A stretch of 64,000 nucleotides of DNA from Octopus sinensis (lineage: Eukaryota): NCBI RefSeq assembly GCF_006345805.1, contig NC_042997.1:7192001-7256000 (forward strand), read 5' to 3'. Shown piece after piece: positions 40,783 to 54,800 of this stretch. Positions within the stretch are counted from its first letter, which is position 1. Every line of letters begins with the position of its first letter. Position numbers and translations under genes: made by a program. Below the pieces are notes generated by a model. That model searched no databases. It saw only the letters and a program-made list of their open reading frames with translations, and was not told where the DNA came from.

Positions 40783-42109
40783 GTACAGATTAGACGAAAC
40801 ACCGTTAAGCATTTTAACCGGCATGCTTAAGGATTTTGTCAGCTCTCAATTACAAATAATGATTACTAATCGAGGCAATAGAATAGAAGATTTATGGAGT
40901 TGTTTTTATCCGATACCAATTTTGTTAGTACTTTCAATGCTACATATTTTTAACAATCTCAAACATATGCCAAAATTAGCCACCAATTGACCGGAACTCT
41001 GATATTAGAAAACTGTTTTATAACTCCCCTGGAAGCCACTGATCTTGTGCTTCAAAATTTATAGTCGTTCGTTTTGTTTTTATCATATGTACAATTTAGG
41101 AGATAACCACAGATTGTTTTTCTCTTTTTGTAATCGTTATTTGCTGCATCCTCTCAACTCATTTTAACATGAGAATCAATTTATATTTTCAGTTGTCCTC
41201 TCCTTACATAATATTAATTAGTTTATAGCTTCTTCCACTTAATGGCCTTAGTCTATTCCTTCAGAGCCATGAGAAAAATATTGTTATACGACGAGTTTTG
41301 TCTGAAACATTACGTGTTTCCTTTTCGTCATGACAAGGCAATTTATTCAAATTTTGAACCGATACGTAAAAGTTTATGATCTATTGAGGCCACACACGTA
41401 CGAAAACACACATATACATGCACCTACACATATTAACAGTTTATACGTCGTTCACTCGTTAATATACAACCCTCATCTAAATATTGTTTTATTGGTTGTA
41501 AAGTGCCGAACATCAACCACATATTATATACTAAGTTCATTCTCTGCCATTAATACCCTTGTGTATACCGTCTATGTTAGCAGTCTCCTTTCATTTAGAG
41601 ATATCAAACACAAATGTCCATTCAAAAGATATTAATACCTAACACAAAGTGAAAACCGCTAATTGAATTTCTTAGTTAAGCCAGGTCAGGTAATTCAAGC
41701 ACATTGCTCGGATTGAAACTCTAGTCTAGGTCATTGCATCTAAATGACTATATTACCAGCTTTGGCCACTGACCAACTGACAATATCTTGCGAACGCCTC
41801 AGAAATCAAATATAATATGGCTGTGCAATGCATACGAAATGATTCATTGACGTACGTAAGACTTCTTGACGCAAAGATTGCAAATGTTGAATGGATTTCT
41901 CTACCGTACTACACACAATTATATCAAAGCTTTTAAAATCTATCTATTGATAGAAATAGCTATTACAGTAAAAATAGTATCAATGTTAGCAATGAAGCAG
42001 AAATGTGACTGTGTCACTGTTCTTCTCTCAGGGTAACTCTACATTTATTAATATATATGTATCTATGTACATTTCTAAAAATGTATATGTTTTATCGGGT
42101 TTGTACTTC

Positions 42110-42233
42110 CCGACCATACGGTTCTGAGTTCAGCATCATTGTGTGGTACTTAGGGCAAGTATCTGTTAATATAGGATCAGGCCGACAAAAGCCTCTTTAG
42201 TGGATATGGTAGACGGACCTAAAAGAGCCCTTG

Positions 42234-42235
<2 letters not shown>
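42110..42235 (+). mobile_element. SINE fragment
   Basis: gagttcag...gggcaagtatct...ggccgacaaaagcc...gtggatatggtagacgg ending in (TA)n; a related minus-strand piece lies at about 32030-32130. Confidence 0.55.
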
Positions 42236-42325
<90 letters not shown>

Positions 42326-43371
42326 CATATATGTACGCGCGGGCGAGTTCTGTATGTATGTCTGACACTTGACATCTGATGTTGTGTGTATGCTTCCAAT
42401 CGATAGATATTTACCAGGTCCAAAAATGCGCTTTCAGGTCACACACTCAGGTTATCTTTACTTCCAGATCTTTATAATTTGTCAGTTATACCATTTGTTA
42501 TTGAGATGCATTGTCGTGTGTTGGAATTAATATGTCATATCATTTAGAAGGCATTTTACTTTCCTTGGTAATCCCTAAGTGAAATACCTTGACTAGTAGG
42601 TTTTCTCTCCATCTCTCTCTCTTTTTCTCTCTTTCTGTAATGGTGTTTTTCAAACGATGGTTGCATTCTCGTATGTTTTAGAGAGTTTGATCTTAATACT
42701 ATTTGTATCAATCAACTGGTGCATAACTCATTTGTGTTTTCAGATTTAGCTGTTCCCTCTTTTTTTATATATATTGTTCTTTTTGTAATCAATGTTTGCT
42801 GGCAGATTTTCATTCTTCACACTTATGAAACTTGTCATGTTTCGCTCTTCTATTTCTCGTTCTTTGATTGAAAGTCTGTGAGAAATAAATAAGACGCATC
42901 TTGGTGCATGCACATTTTTTTAATTCACGTTGGCCAATAATGGTCTTATGGATCGAGCACGCTGGTGACGGTTCCAGTTTCAAAGATGGGATATTAGTAA
43001 GTCACATCGCTACCAGATTTTGAATTTCCCTGTGGAAAATAGGCTTGCTGCTGCAATTGCCGCTGCTGATGCTGCTTAGATTCAGTTTATAAAAATCACA
43101 AATGGTTATTCCCTTAGGCTGGTGGCAGAGAAAAAGTTGACATGCTGCTGATAACGGTATATTAAAGGGTACAGATATAAGAGAGAGAAACAAAAACGAC
43201 AGTAAGAGAGAGAAAGAGGAATAGAGTGAGTTATAGAGAAGAAAAGATTAGTACTTGCACCACAAAACAGGGTGAGAGAGAGCGAGAGAGCAAGAGAGAG
43301 AACGAGCGATCGACAGACAATCAGAACATATGAAATGTGTGGGAGATATCGAAAAACAAATTGGGGGTAAA

Positions 43372-43923
43372 TTTTTGGAAGTTCGCCCGCACGCATTTCA
43401 CTAAAAAAAGGGCATTTTTTGCATGGAATCCAGTATCCTGACCTCCTAAAGTCTCGCAAAACCCTTATTTATATCCGGAAAAAAATATTCCTATCATTTG
43501 TTTGGCCGAATGAATTACGGTGACCTCCTAATATGCCCCACAACACACTTTTTTGTCCGAAAACTGGTGTATGCTGAGTGTAATCATTGGAAATTTCACC
43601 CACCCTCTCAGAATCTGTGGGAAATGATTTTCTCTTTTTTTTTTCGTTGAATGAATTACGGTAAACTCCAAATATGTTACAGGACACACTTTTTGTCTGG
43701 AAAACTGAGTTAGGATGAGGTGGAACCCTCGGAGAGCTCAGACCCTACACCCAATATTTTACAGAAGTACATTTGAGAGAGGGTAAGATTACATGGACTG
43801 TTATTGAATATATATTTACTACTTGCTATTATATGAATTAATATGTTAACATTTCTATTGTGTGTACTTTATGCTAAAAATATGTTTTTCTGAAGTCAGA
43901 GTATAAGAAATGTGTGTGTATGC

Positions 43924-43973
<50 letters not shown>

Positions 43974-44159
43974 TTATTTATTTATGTATATTATATATTT
44001 ACATATATTTATTTATGTATATATATATATATATTTATCTATGGTTCGTTATTAAATAAATATTTGCTAGTTGTCACTATCAATATTTTCATGATGTTAA
44101 CATTTTATGCTAAAAATAGTTTTTGTGAAGTTGTACTCTATGAAATGTGTGTTTACATG

Positions 44160-44251
<92 letters not shown>

Positions 44252-44501
44252 ACTGTGCTTGCGTGTTTTCCTGTTTTTGTGCGTGTGCCTGTGTCTGTGT
44301 ATGTATGATTGTGTATATTTAGACAAGAAAAGTACCTATTACATATTTTGTTGTCAAATCATTGGTTTAACCCCCCTCTCCCCCCAAAAAAAATGTAAAA
44401 TTTCTTCCAAATGTCATCAATATATTTATTAATATAAGTATTTCAGTCTGCGGTCCAGCGTTTTAGAAGACAAATCAAGTTGGATTTTTCCCACTCAAAT
44501 T

Positions 44502-44546
<45 letters not shown>

Positions 44547-44915
44547 GAGAGAGATGAGAATCATTATATAAGGAAGTAGCATTTGTATTGGTAAAATATG
44601 ACAGAAAAACAAGCATTTTCCAATGATTCTGGGAAGAGTAGCGGTGCAATTTCCGCGGATTCCACCCCAACCACCGATTTCTGGAAAAAAGGAATGTATT
44701 TAGTGGCATATTAGGAAGTCACCGCAATTCATTCAACAAAAACAAAGGTATTTCCGATGATTCTAGGATAGGAGGTTTGCTTCTGTCCCAATATATTTTT
44801 CCGAACAAAAATAAGGAGCTTGCGACACATGAGGAGATCAGGGTACTTGTTTCCACGCCAAAATAAAACGCAGTTTTTCCTTAGGGAAATGTGTGTGCCT
44901 GTACGTCTCAAAACT
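43372..44915. mobile_element. Pair of long inverted arms with internal subrepeats (foldback-like element or two inverted copies)
   Basis: 43424-43470 aligns to the reverse complement of 44808-44855. The motif gaatgaattacggtgacctcctaatatgcc occurs at 43508, in diverged form at 43649, and inverted at 44705-44734. Confidence 0.65.
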
Positions 44916-45510
44916 TGTTCAAGGAGGAGTGTAATTAAAAGCGATAATATATGAGTGATTGGTGACGAGGCAATGTTAAGGATATATTATTGATATTTGT
45001 TTGTTGATGGTAACCCTGTTGTTTGTTGCGGCTGTGTCGACATTGTTTATCAACAATTAGTTGCACCATGGCACATACCTTAAATACAACAGTATTTTGT
45101 TTTTAGTTTGAGTCTATAAATAATTGAATTGTGTACCGTTTACTCCTTAATTCGTAAAAACCGTCTCCACTGAATTGATTTTAGCGATACATGCATCATA
45201 GAAAAACATTACATGTATCTAGGTGAATATATGTGTGTGCCTGTGTGCATGTGTGTCCGTGCGTTTGTGTGCTTTTGTATATGTGTGCATGTGCGTGTGT
45301 GTTTATTTAGATGTCTATGTACAGAGGCACATGCTGAAGCGCTCGATGAAAAATTATTAAATTTAATAAGGGATTTGTTTGATTTTATTATATTTTATTC
45401 CATTACATTGCATTTCATATTCTTGGAAAATTTAAAGAATTTCTGTTACCTAGTACAAAGTAAACACTTCTGACTAAACTTAATATATTATTGCCATTGA
45501 CAAAATACGT

Positions 45511-45570
<60 letters not shown>

Positions 45571-46899
45571 TACAGGACGTCACAAATTGTAAACAACATG
45601 GAGTACAAAAACAAATTTCTCATCAGATCAACGAGCGAAACAAGTGGAAAACAAGAAAAGTAACATTAAGTATGACCCTCATCAGTTTTTGGCTTTTTAT
45701 CTACTCAACATTTCGAGCAATTCACGACAATATATTCCTTCGAGAAAACGGTTACATATATATACATATATATAGGCATATATACATGCTTTATCTTTTG
45801 CTAATTCTTCCTCTTTCCTCCCCTTCGCCACCTTACGTTTTTCTTTCTAATACTTTCTCGAATTCTTTTTTCTCCCCTTCACAGTCTTCTATCTGTCTCT
45901 CTCTCTCTCTCTCTCTCTCTCCCTTTTCTTCCTTTATTCTCTGGTTGCTCACACGTGACCATCGTCCATCTTGCTTTTCCTCGCCTGTTCATCATTCTTT
46001 TCTTTCGGTGTGACGCAGAGACCAGACGCATACTTGTCTATCTCCTCTCCTACCTTTTCTCCTGTGAAAGAATGTTCCTCCTTATTTTTCGTAGCAGCCC
46101 TCACTGTTTCTTTTCACTATTTCATGTCGTTTTCGTATTTCGAATTTTTTATTTCACTATTTCATATTGTTTATGTATTCCGTATTTCATGTTGACGTTT
46201 TGCGACGTCCTGTACCGATATATGCATATTTATATACATATATTTGTTAGCATGTACAAATATATATATATCTATATATATGTTAATATGCCTATATATA
46301 TATGTGTGCGTGTGTGCGTGTGGGGTTCTGTGTGTGTGCATCATTTTTGTGATTGTGTGTGTATGTATTTGTGTGCGTATATATTTTATATAAATATATA
46401 TAAAACTATACATATATATTTATGTACATGTCTGTGTATCTGTGTGTACGAGCGTGTATGCTTAATAAATATTTATATATTCATGCCGAGTCATTTTTCT
46501 CCTCTTTTTTTCCTACGCTACACGTCGCAGCCTGGAGTAAAATTTCTTAAGTATTCGCCTTCCATCACTCCCATTACTACTTTTCGTGTCTCCTTTTCTT
46601 CTCCGTTGTCCCCATTTTTACGAAAACAACACACTACTATAGGTCTAACTTTTTATACACGGAACTCGTTCAATCTCTTTTGTTTGACCATTTTCCTCGT
46701 AATGCCAATCACATTAATAATGTTTTCAATCAGACGAAAATTTGATAATTTCAATAATTGTGTAAGAGATATCTTGTAAAATCTATTATATATAACACCA
46801 TAAAATTGATGAATATATTGTAAATGGTTTGTGTTCCTGTACTCCCACACACATTTTAGAAAACTCTGACGATCTTCTATTAAAAGGAAATATCTGTTT

Positions 46900-49400
46900 G
46901 ACACTTAGGCGATTATCACTAAAGACGATTAAAACAAGAACTACACAATAACATCGCGAAGGAGGTGCACACACTAGAATCGTGAATGAATTACATGGTT
47001 GTCTAATTAAGAAGAAATACAATTCTTTATAAATATAAGATCAATACAAAGAACAAATCGTTTTTGGTGTATCATTCATTTATTGATACACATTGCTTCA
47101 CACATACCAGCAAATATCTTTTCATTTTCTGTCCATATCTTTTGAAGTTTTTCATCAAATATTTCACTGTCGCTTCGTTTATGAAATACAGTAAGAATCT
47201 TGATGAAGATGGGACTTGCATGGGGATAATGTTTGCTTTACTTTTAGGACCACCATTCCAATAATATACTATATCCTGGTTTATTGTTAGATGACGAGTT
47301 AATATTAGAGTCGATGGATATGAATTTGGATTTTGGACTTAGGCAAATGTAAATAACGATGTCATTCCGGGAGCCGAAACTGATGTCACGAGACGTTTGG
47401 AAACGTTTTATTATAGCTTCTGTAGATAAGCTTTCTGACTTCGACCATCAATTTCATGTATTTCTTTCCTTCTATATCGTCATTTTGTCATTGTTTTGGT
47501 AGATTTTTGTAATCTTCTGAATTGCCTTAAGTAAATCATTATACAATGGCGCTACTTGTAATTCCGGAGTATCTGGGTCGTAGACCGATTGTGCCACAAT
47601 ATGACGACAGCGAGTACACTTACATTTACCTCTTGCATAAGCCAATACATGTGCAGAATGTGGACCTACTGGGCAGTTGTGTGACACACCAGTCCTAAAT
47701 TTTAAAACCAGACAAGCGTTTCATCAATTTTGTTTGAGAACAAAGAGGAAATATCTTCCTCCTCGTCTGAACAGTAATTAAACACTTCAGAATGCTGCTT
47801 CAGTTAAACTTCGACGTAAAGAACTTTGGAAAAGATAAACCTACGTATTTATAAAACATTGACGGAGATTTTCATATTCTGAAATTCCTCTTAGCATTAC
47901 TTTGCACATATCTCCTTTTTTCCTTCCATTCTGTACCCACTCCATTTGACGTAATACGTAGACTCTACTACTGCTGCTGCTTAATTTTATTCTTTGTTGT
48001 GCAATTTTTCTTTTTCAACACATTCATTGCGCATATCTGTGTTTAAGTGTGTACCGCTTGCTTTTATTTTGTCTGAATTTCTTTTTATTCAATTATGATG
48101 TTTTTTTTCTGTTTTCTTGTAAACAAATTGAATTTATTAGAAAATTAAATTGTTTTGATTTAAAATGGCAACAACCAATGCTATCCCTGCTACTCACGGT
48201 GTGTTCGTTACAGTTTAATGCGATTCTAGAAAGCAACGGAAAATGTCTGCAACCACAAATGCATAGAGTTTAACTCGGTTACATTTACAGCGTCTTCATA
48301 AGATACAAATGATAAAATAACCAAGAAGATTGGAGCTATTAAAACTGCTGCAGGTTTTTGTTGAATTTGATCTACACCTAAACTCAAAGAACCTAGAAAG
48401 GTTTCTTGGATTTAATTCATGTGTTATTACAAGGATTGAGTAAACACTCTTTTAGTCGGTGAAAAAGAAAAGCTCGTCTCTACTGCAGACTTAGTGATGT
48501 ATTCACATTATATTTTCCAAGAATTAAAAGAACTTTGTTCAACGAATGATTTATGAAGTCTCAGTTTTTTACATTTCTATGTAAACAATAATTGAAAATG
48601 CAAAAATCGCCTCTTGAATTTAATTTCCTTTCCTTACGCACATACAAGGGAAAGCATCTACCAAGTAAGAAACGGAACTCACTGTGATTTCATAGACCAT
48701 CTACAATTTAGATTGTCTTAAATTATTACCCGTTTTTTAATCTGGTTTAGGTCTAAATTTTAAATCAAACATGTAATATGGGGAGCTAATCTATACAGTT
48801 TGAGAGAACTCAGTTATCCTTTGAACAAAATTTCCCTCATGATATTATTTGCTTTCCAAGGCGGCAAGCTGGCAGAATCATTTCACGTCGGGCGAAATGG
48901 TTAGCGGTATTCCATATGCCGCTATTTTCTGAGTTCAAATTTCGCCGAGGTACACTTTGCCTTTAATGTTTTCGGGCTCGGTAAATTTAGTACCACTTTT
49001 GTGGTCTGACATATCCTCCTCAATCATCATCATACCCTTCTCTTTCCATTATTTCCTTCAGAATTTCTGGTTGGGTCTCTTCATAGTTTCGAGGAAAGTT
49101 AAAGCCCAAGCTATACAGATAGCCAAGTTTCCTCGCAAGGAGTATTTTCAATGTAGTCGTTCTTTATTTTGGTTTCCTTAGTCATTACCTTTCAATGTTG
49201 CCAACATGCTGCATATACCAGCTCTTTCCCATCGGATATTAATACGAGTTTCATCATTTTACCTGTCTTGAAACTTCTGCCATTTAACCTTACCATGAAG
49301 TCATTTTATGCAAGCGTTCACCACACAAAAGTTCCGTATTACATGAGCTGAACGAATTTGCCTCGCCAGAAAAATATTCCTCTTTCATGCAAGAGAAAAG
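46900..49400 (-). mobile_element. Decayed hAT-like transposase, interrupted by a SINE
   Basis: Minus strand ILLEWWS*K*SKHYPHASPIFIKILTVFHKRSDSEIFDEKLQKIWTE resembles the hAT dimerization motif (WW..YP.L..LL.PHSNA.SER.F). The upstream LQVAPLYNDLLKAIQKITKIY is consistent with the hAT core. The 5' boundary is uncertain. Confidence 0.45.
48858..48990 (+). mobile_element. tRNA-derived SINE 5' portion
   Basis: ggcggcaagctggcagaatc...gggcgaaatggttagcggtatt...gagttcaaatttcgccgagg; same family as 40548-40782. Confidence 0.85.
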
Positions 49401-51794
49401 TTTGCGAAATTTAGCAATTGCAGCCTGTTATGAAATGAAGTGGAATTTATTGGATCAGAATTTACACATAGACATCAGCAAACTTCTCCGAACTAGAATG
49501 CAATAGTCCAAAGTGAGATAAAGCACCAACATATTATTCACCACATCAGCTGCAGGTGGGATTTTTTTATAGACTAAACAGATCAAAACTCCCTCATCAG
49601 ATACGTCTCGTATCTACAATTATGAAAATGGTGTATTACTTGCAGAATTTTTGTCACATTTCAATAAGGTACAGTTATTACATAATTTATATTCCATTTT
49701 GTAATCTCAGGAAGAACATGATCCAAGGTATACCGATTCTATTTAAAATGACGGTGAGTAACTTACTTTTAGATATGACTGTAATTTCGAACAGATCAAA
49801 CAGCCTCATAGAATGCGATTTTCTTTAGAATGGAAGACTTCACCAACCGGCTTCTGCATCATTCATAAAGTACTGAAGTCTCTGGTTCTTCTATTCATAT
49901 TATCAGGTTTCCTCTATTTTAAATCTATAAGAAACTGCATTTATCTTAAGACTTTCGTTAGTTAATAAATTTATGAGTATCGTTTCGCATCTACATCAAT
50001 CTGTTTACCGCTTTCTTCGATAAAGACATGCAACACAACTGGACATCGTTTATTTCCCTTTCCTTTTTCAGGAAAATCCCTTTTTCCAGCTACTCTGTTT
50101 CTTCCTCACCACATCGCTCATGCTGTTATTCTATTTCTCCGTTATATTCTCATTCCTTAGAATTTCTCTTCTCTAGAAAGTAGACGAACATTCTCAACGC
50201 GCTAAGACAAACATAGAAAATACACTAGTGCGCGCGAGCGCTCTCCTACTTTCATAAGCATATTTGTATTCTTACGGATCATAAAAACTATGTTCACCTA
50301 TGTATTCAATGTAGAGGAATGACAAGTCTTTACAAAGGTTTTCATGTGCGTACATAGGAACTATAGCCGCCTGAAGAACCAAATACATTAAAAATTTATT
50401 TCAAATTTCTTTAAAGAAATATACTCCAGATATTATTCCTCACCTTAAGTATTTAAGATGACGCAATTCATTTTATCGCATAATCTAACAAGAAAATATA
50501 TTTAATGCTCACGAAATATTTTTCAAAGAGTATATCCTGAAATCACTTTTCTTTTGTATCACCTTAAAATTTATTTATTCCCATTTCTTTAAATATCTAC
50601 ATCCTAAATAATGCGATAATCTACAATGTAACGGCTTCAAGTATATTTTAATTTTCCAATAAACATTTTAATATTCGATACATTTATGAAAGTGTTAGAT
50701 CAAAGTCTCCTTAAAAAAATCAATGAATTTCTTTGAAGAGGCTTGAATTAGACAAGATAACTGAATCTCACATGTTAACACGCAATGCATTTAATGCAAG
50801 GAGAAAATAACAAGTGATATGTGACATGATCAATTTCACATGGTAAATATTGAACGTCAGCTATTCAATTTGATCACCAATTCAAAAGGAAGTGAATGTA
50901 ACAGATTTTTCAATATTTTTTTTTCTACAGAATATGTTAAAGAAAGCAAATATATTAAAACAATATTTATGATTATATTAAAATATCATCAGTATGAAAT
51001 CCTAAGAATTTCACACACGCAGTCACAGATTGAAAAACGCACGCTCACAAACTTATATAACAATAAGAGTTTGAGCGGATAAGACGTGCAATACATTTTA
51101 TGTTAATAGTTGTAAGATTTGGAATGGAATGTATATGGAATTAAAGGAATCGAAGGTTTCTTAAAACTGCTTATAAGAGGCTCCCATTACAATTATAAAA
51201 CTAAATACATGTATAGATGAAAAGCAACATTCATTTATAAACACACACAGAAAAAACACACACATATACACTCATCTAAATGTGATGCGTGTGTAACATA
51301 TATCAATAAATAAAGCAGTAGGATGTAATAATTGTATAAAATCAAAATTTAGTACATAAATTTAGCAATAAACTGATGCCTTTCTTACGGGAAAGTCTAC
51401 GAAACACATTTCAGGCTACATTGACTCTCTGGATGTAGTATTACGCTCACATTATTAACATTTTCGGCTTGTTTGAGTGCGTCAATGGAATTCAGAAAGA
51501 GAAAACCCTAAATACTTATCAGAGGAAGTTTAGACTTTTACCCGTATACAACCTCATGTATTAGGAAAAGAGAAATAGACAAAATGATAATTAGAGAATT
51601 TTTAAATGAAATGGGAAATAAAGGCAAACGAAACGGCTAAAAATATGGTCATGGGGAACTGAGATTAAGCAATGCATATGAAGTAAAATAAAAGAGGTAG
51701 ATGAATGTGTGTGTGTGAGCATGAATTATAGTTAAATTACATAAGGACATTTCGACGGTATATATCTCTAATTCATTTATGCCTCTCTGTGTGC

Positions 51795-51864
<70 letters not shown>

Positions 51865-51870
51865 GTATAC
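51795..51870. repeat. (TA)n microsatellite at the RTE 5' flank
   Basis: Directly visible; continues after the element at 55684-55860. Confidence 0.95.
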
Positions 51871-54800
51871 TTCAGGGAGTGACGACCCTGCCTGACACTA
51901 GTTCCGGGCTCAGCTGGCTCCGGCTGACAGTACTCGGTATGGGCCCCTATCCAGGGTTACGGAAAGGAGACAACCTTCAAAGAAATCCGGAGTGGAGTCC
52001 CGAAGGCGGTTTAGTGTTCGACTCGACACTCTTCCGGCAGCTCCTCTAACCAAGCTGGTGCCAAACGTAATGCCCTGCACTCCTTTGGACTACATCGGCA
52101 AGGTCGAGAGAGGAAACCTGGCGATTAGGCTACCTTATCTCTAGCCTAGGCCTCCGCAAAACTAGAGAGGACACTTCAGTGCTGCTGTAAAAAGCTGCAG
52201 AAACAACATGGGAGATAACAGTCACGAGTGATAAGTCCATTCAGATTCGCGTAAAATATGGGCGCTACGGGTTACCTCTGACGGTGGGAGGGACCTCCTT
52301 GTCCTATTGGTTAGCTACTGCCCACCTCAAGCTGGGCAGCCCCCAGTTACTAAGGTGCAGACCCGCCACAGGCCGCCTGCTTCATTGGGTGCTTGGAGCA
52401 AAGAGTATGACTTGAAAAGCGGCTTGCAACCTCTGCACCAGGCAAACAACTAAAAGTCAAGAAACCACCAGTCCTGCGGTTGGCAAGCTGGAATGTCAGG
52501 ACCATGCGCCCTGGAATATCTGATGATCTACTCAGGGTTGAAGACACAAGGAAAACAGCCATCATTGACCGTGAACTAAAGAGGCTCAACATAGACATTG
52601 CTGGACTACAGGAGACAAGACTTCCCTCAAACGGCAAATTCAAAGAGCAGGATTTCACCTTATTTTGGCAGGGAAGTGATCCAGAAGAACCTCGTCAACA
52701 TGGCGTTGGCTTTGTAGTGAGAAACTCATTACTCTCCTCAATAGAACCACCATCAGGAGGCACTGAGCGTATCCTCTCACTGCGCCTCTCGACTTCTTCT
52801 GGCTCAGTATATCTACTCAGCATCTATGCTCCCACTCTCTACAGTTTAGAGGAGACCAAGGACCACTTCTACAAAGATCTCAACTATGTCATAGAAAATA
52901 TACCAACGACAGAATGTATCTACTTTCTAGGGGATTTTAACGCTTGCGTGGGATCTGACCATGATTCGTGGCCCATTTGTGTTGGACACTTTTGTATTGG
53001 CAACATAAATGAAACTGATCAGAGACTACACTAATTCTGCACATACCATAACCTGTGCATCACAAACACAATCTTTACCAACAAGCCATCCTACAAGGCA
53101 ATTTGGAGACATCCAAGATCTCACCACTGGCATCTGGTGGATCTCATCATTACACGGAGATCCTTTATGAATTGTATTCTATTGACCCGCAGTTACCGCA
53201 GCGCGGATTGTGATACAGATCACTCACTAATTAGAAGTAGGTTGAGGATTCTGCCTAAAAACAGTCCATCGCTCCAAGAAAGTGGGCCGACCACGCATTA
53301 ACACTGCCAGAACCTCGGACCCTACACTACGAAAATGTTTTGCTGCTTCTATCAAGGTTGCCCTCAGTAGCTGCCCAAACTCCTCTGCTGAAAGTAGGTG
53401 GAACTATATCAGGAAAGCTTTGTACACGACATCAATAGATACTTTCGGCATGAGAGAAAGGCAAAACCCAGATTGGTTCAATGTTGGGCTCTCAGAGCTG
53501 GAGCCAGTAATCGAAGCAAAGCGTGCAGCTCTGATGCAATACAAGAGTTACTCTTCTACAAAATCACTCGAAGAACTCGGGAAGGCACGAAATAAAACCC
53601 AACTGACAGCCAGACGCTGGGCAAATAGGTATTGGCAGGAAATCTGCCAGAGTATCCAGTCAGCTGCTGACGGGGGCGACACCCGTGGGATGTATGCCGG
53701 TTTGAAGAAGGCCCTCGGTCCATCCGCAACCAAGTCAGCCCCTCTGAAATCAACTACTGGAGATCTCATCAGGGATCAAAGCAAGCAAATGGATAGATGG
53801 GTGGAGCACTACAAGAATCTCTACTCACGGGAGACTACAGTGGCTGAGGCTGCAGTCGAGAGTGCCAAGATCTTGCCAGTCATGTGCGAACTTGACAGTC
53901 CGCCATCTATAGCAGAGCTCACCAAGGCTGTTGACTTCCTAGCAAGAAACAAGGCTCCGGGAAAAGACGGCATCCCCTCAGAGATCATCAAAGCCGGCAA
54001 AAACACCATCCTGCTTCGGCACCTTCATGAGCTTCTGTGTCAGTGCTGGGAAGAGGGTACAGTCCCTCAGAATATGAGGGATGCTAACATAATTACGCTT
54101 TACAAACACAAAGGTGACCGTGGTGATTGTAACAATTGGAAAGACCTTTGCCGCGTTATCCTGGCCAGGCTACAACTACTTGCTTCTCGAATCTATCCGG
54201 AATCGCAGTGTGGCTTTAGAAGAAGCAGATCAACTATCGATATGATATTCTCCATACGCCAACTTCAGGAGAAGTCCAGAGAGCAGAAAATGCCATTATG
54301 TATGGCCTTCATTGATCTAACAAAGGCCTTTCACTCGGTAAACAGAACAGGCCTCTTCATCCTGCTCCAAAAAATCGGATGTCCACCAAAGCTGCTAAGG
54401 ATCATCAAGTCTTTCAATGATGACATACAAGGCAACATACAGCACAACAGTTCAACATCACACGCCTTCCAAATAAAAAAACGGGGTAATGCAAGGTTGT
54501 GTCCTTGCTCCTACATTGTTTGGCATCTTCTTCTCGCTCTTACTCTCACATGCCTTTCAGACATCAGATGATGGAGTGTTTCTGCACAGTAGAAGTGACG
54601 GGAAACTGTTCAATCTCTCGCGCCTGTGTGCCAAGACCAAAATCAGAAACGTCCTGATTAAGGAGATGCTACTTGTTGATGATGCCGCTCTGGTATCACA
54701 CACGGAAGAAGCCCTCCAAAGTCTCATTAACTGTTTTGAGCAAGCATGTAACGACTTTGGCTTAGCTATCAGCCTTAAGAAGACCAACATCATTGGGTAG

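Noticed and set aside
45955-46779. 274-aa ORF, the longest in the track outside the RTE
   Set aside because: Runs through CT-rich and (TA)/(TG) low-complexity sequence; no domain-like content.
49320-49980. Semi-open plus-strand frame with exon-like signals
   Set aside because: Multiple in-frame stops, implied introns of only about 20-42 nt, and no recognisable protein.
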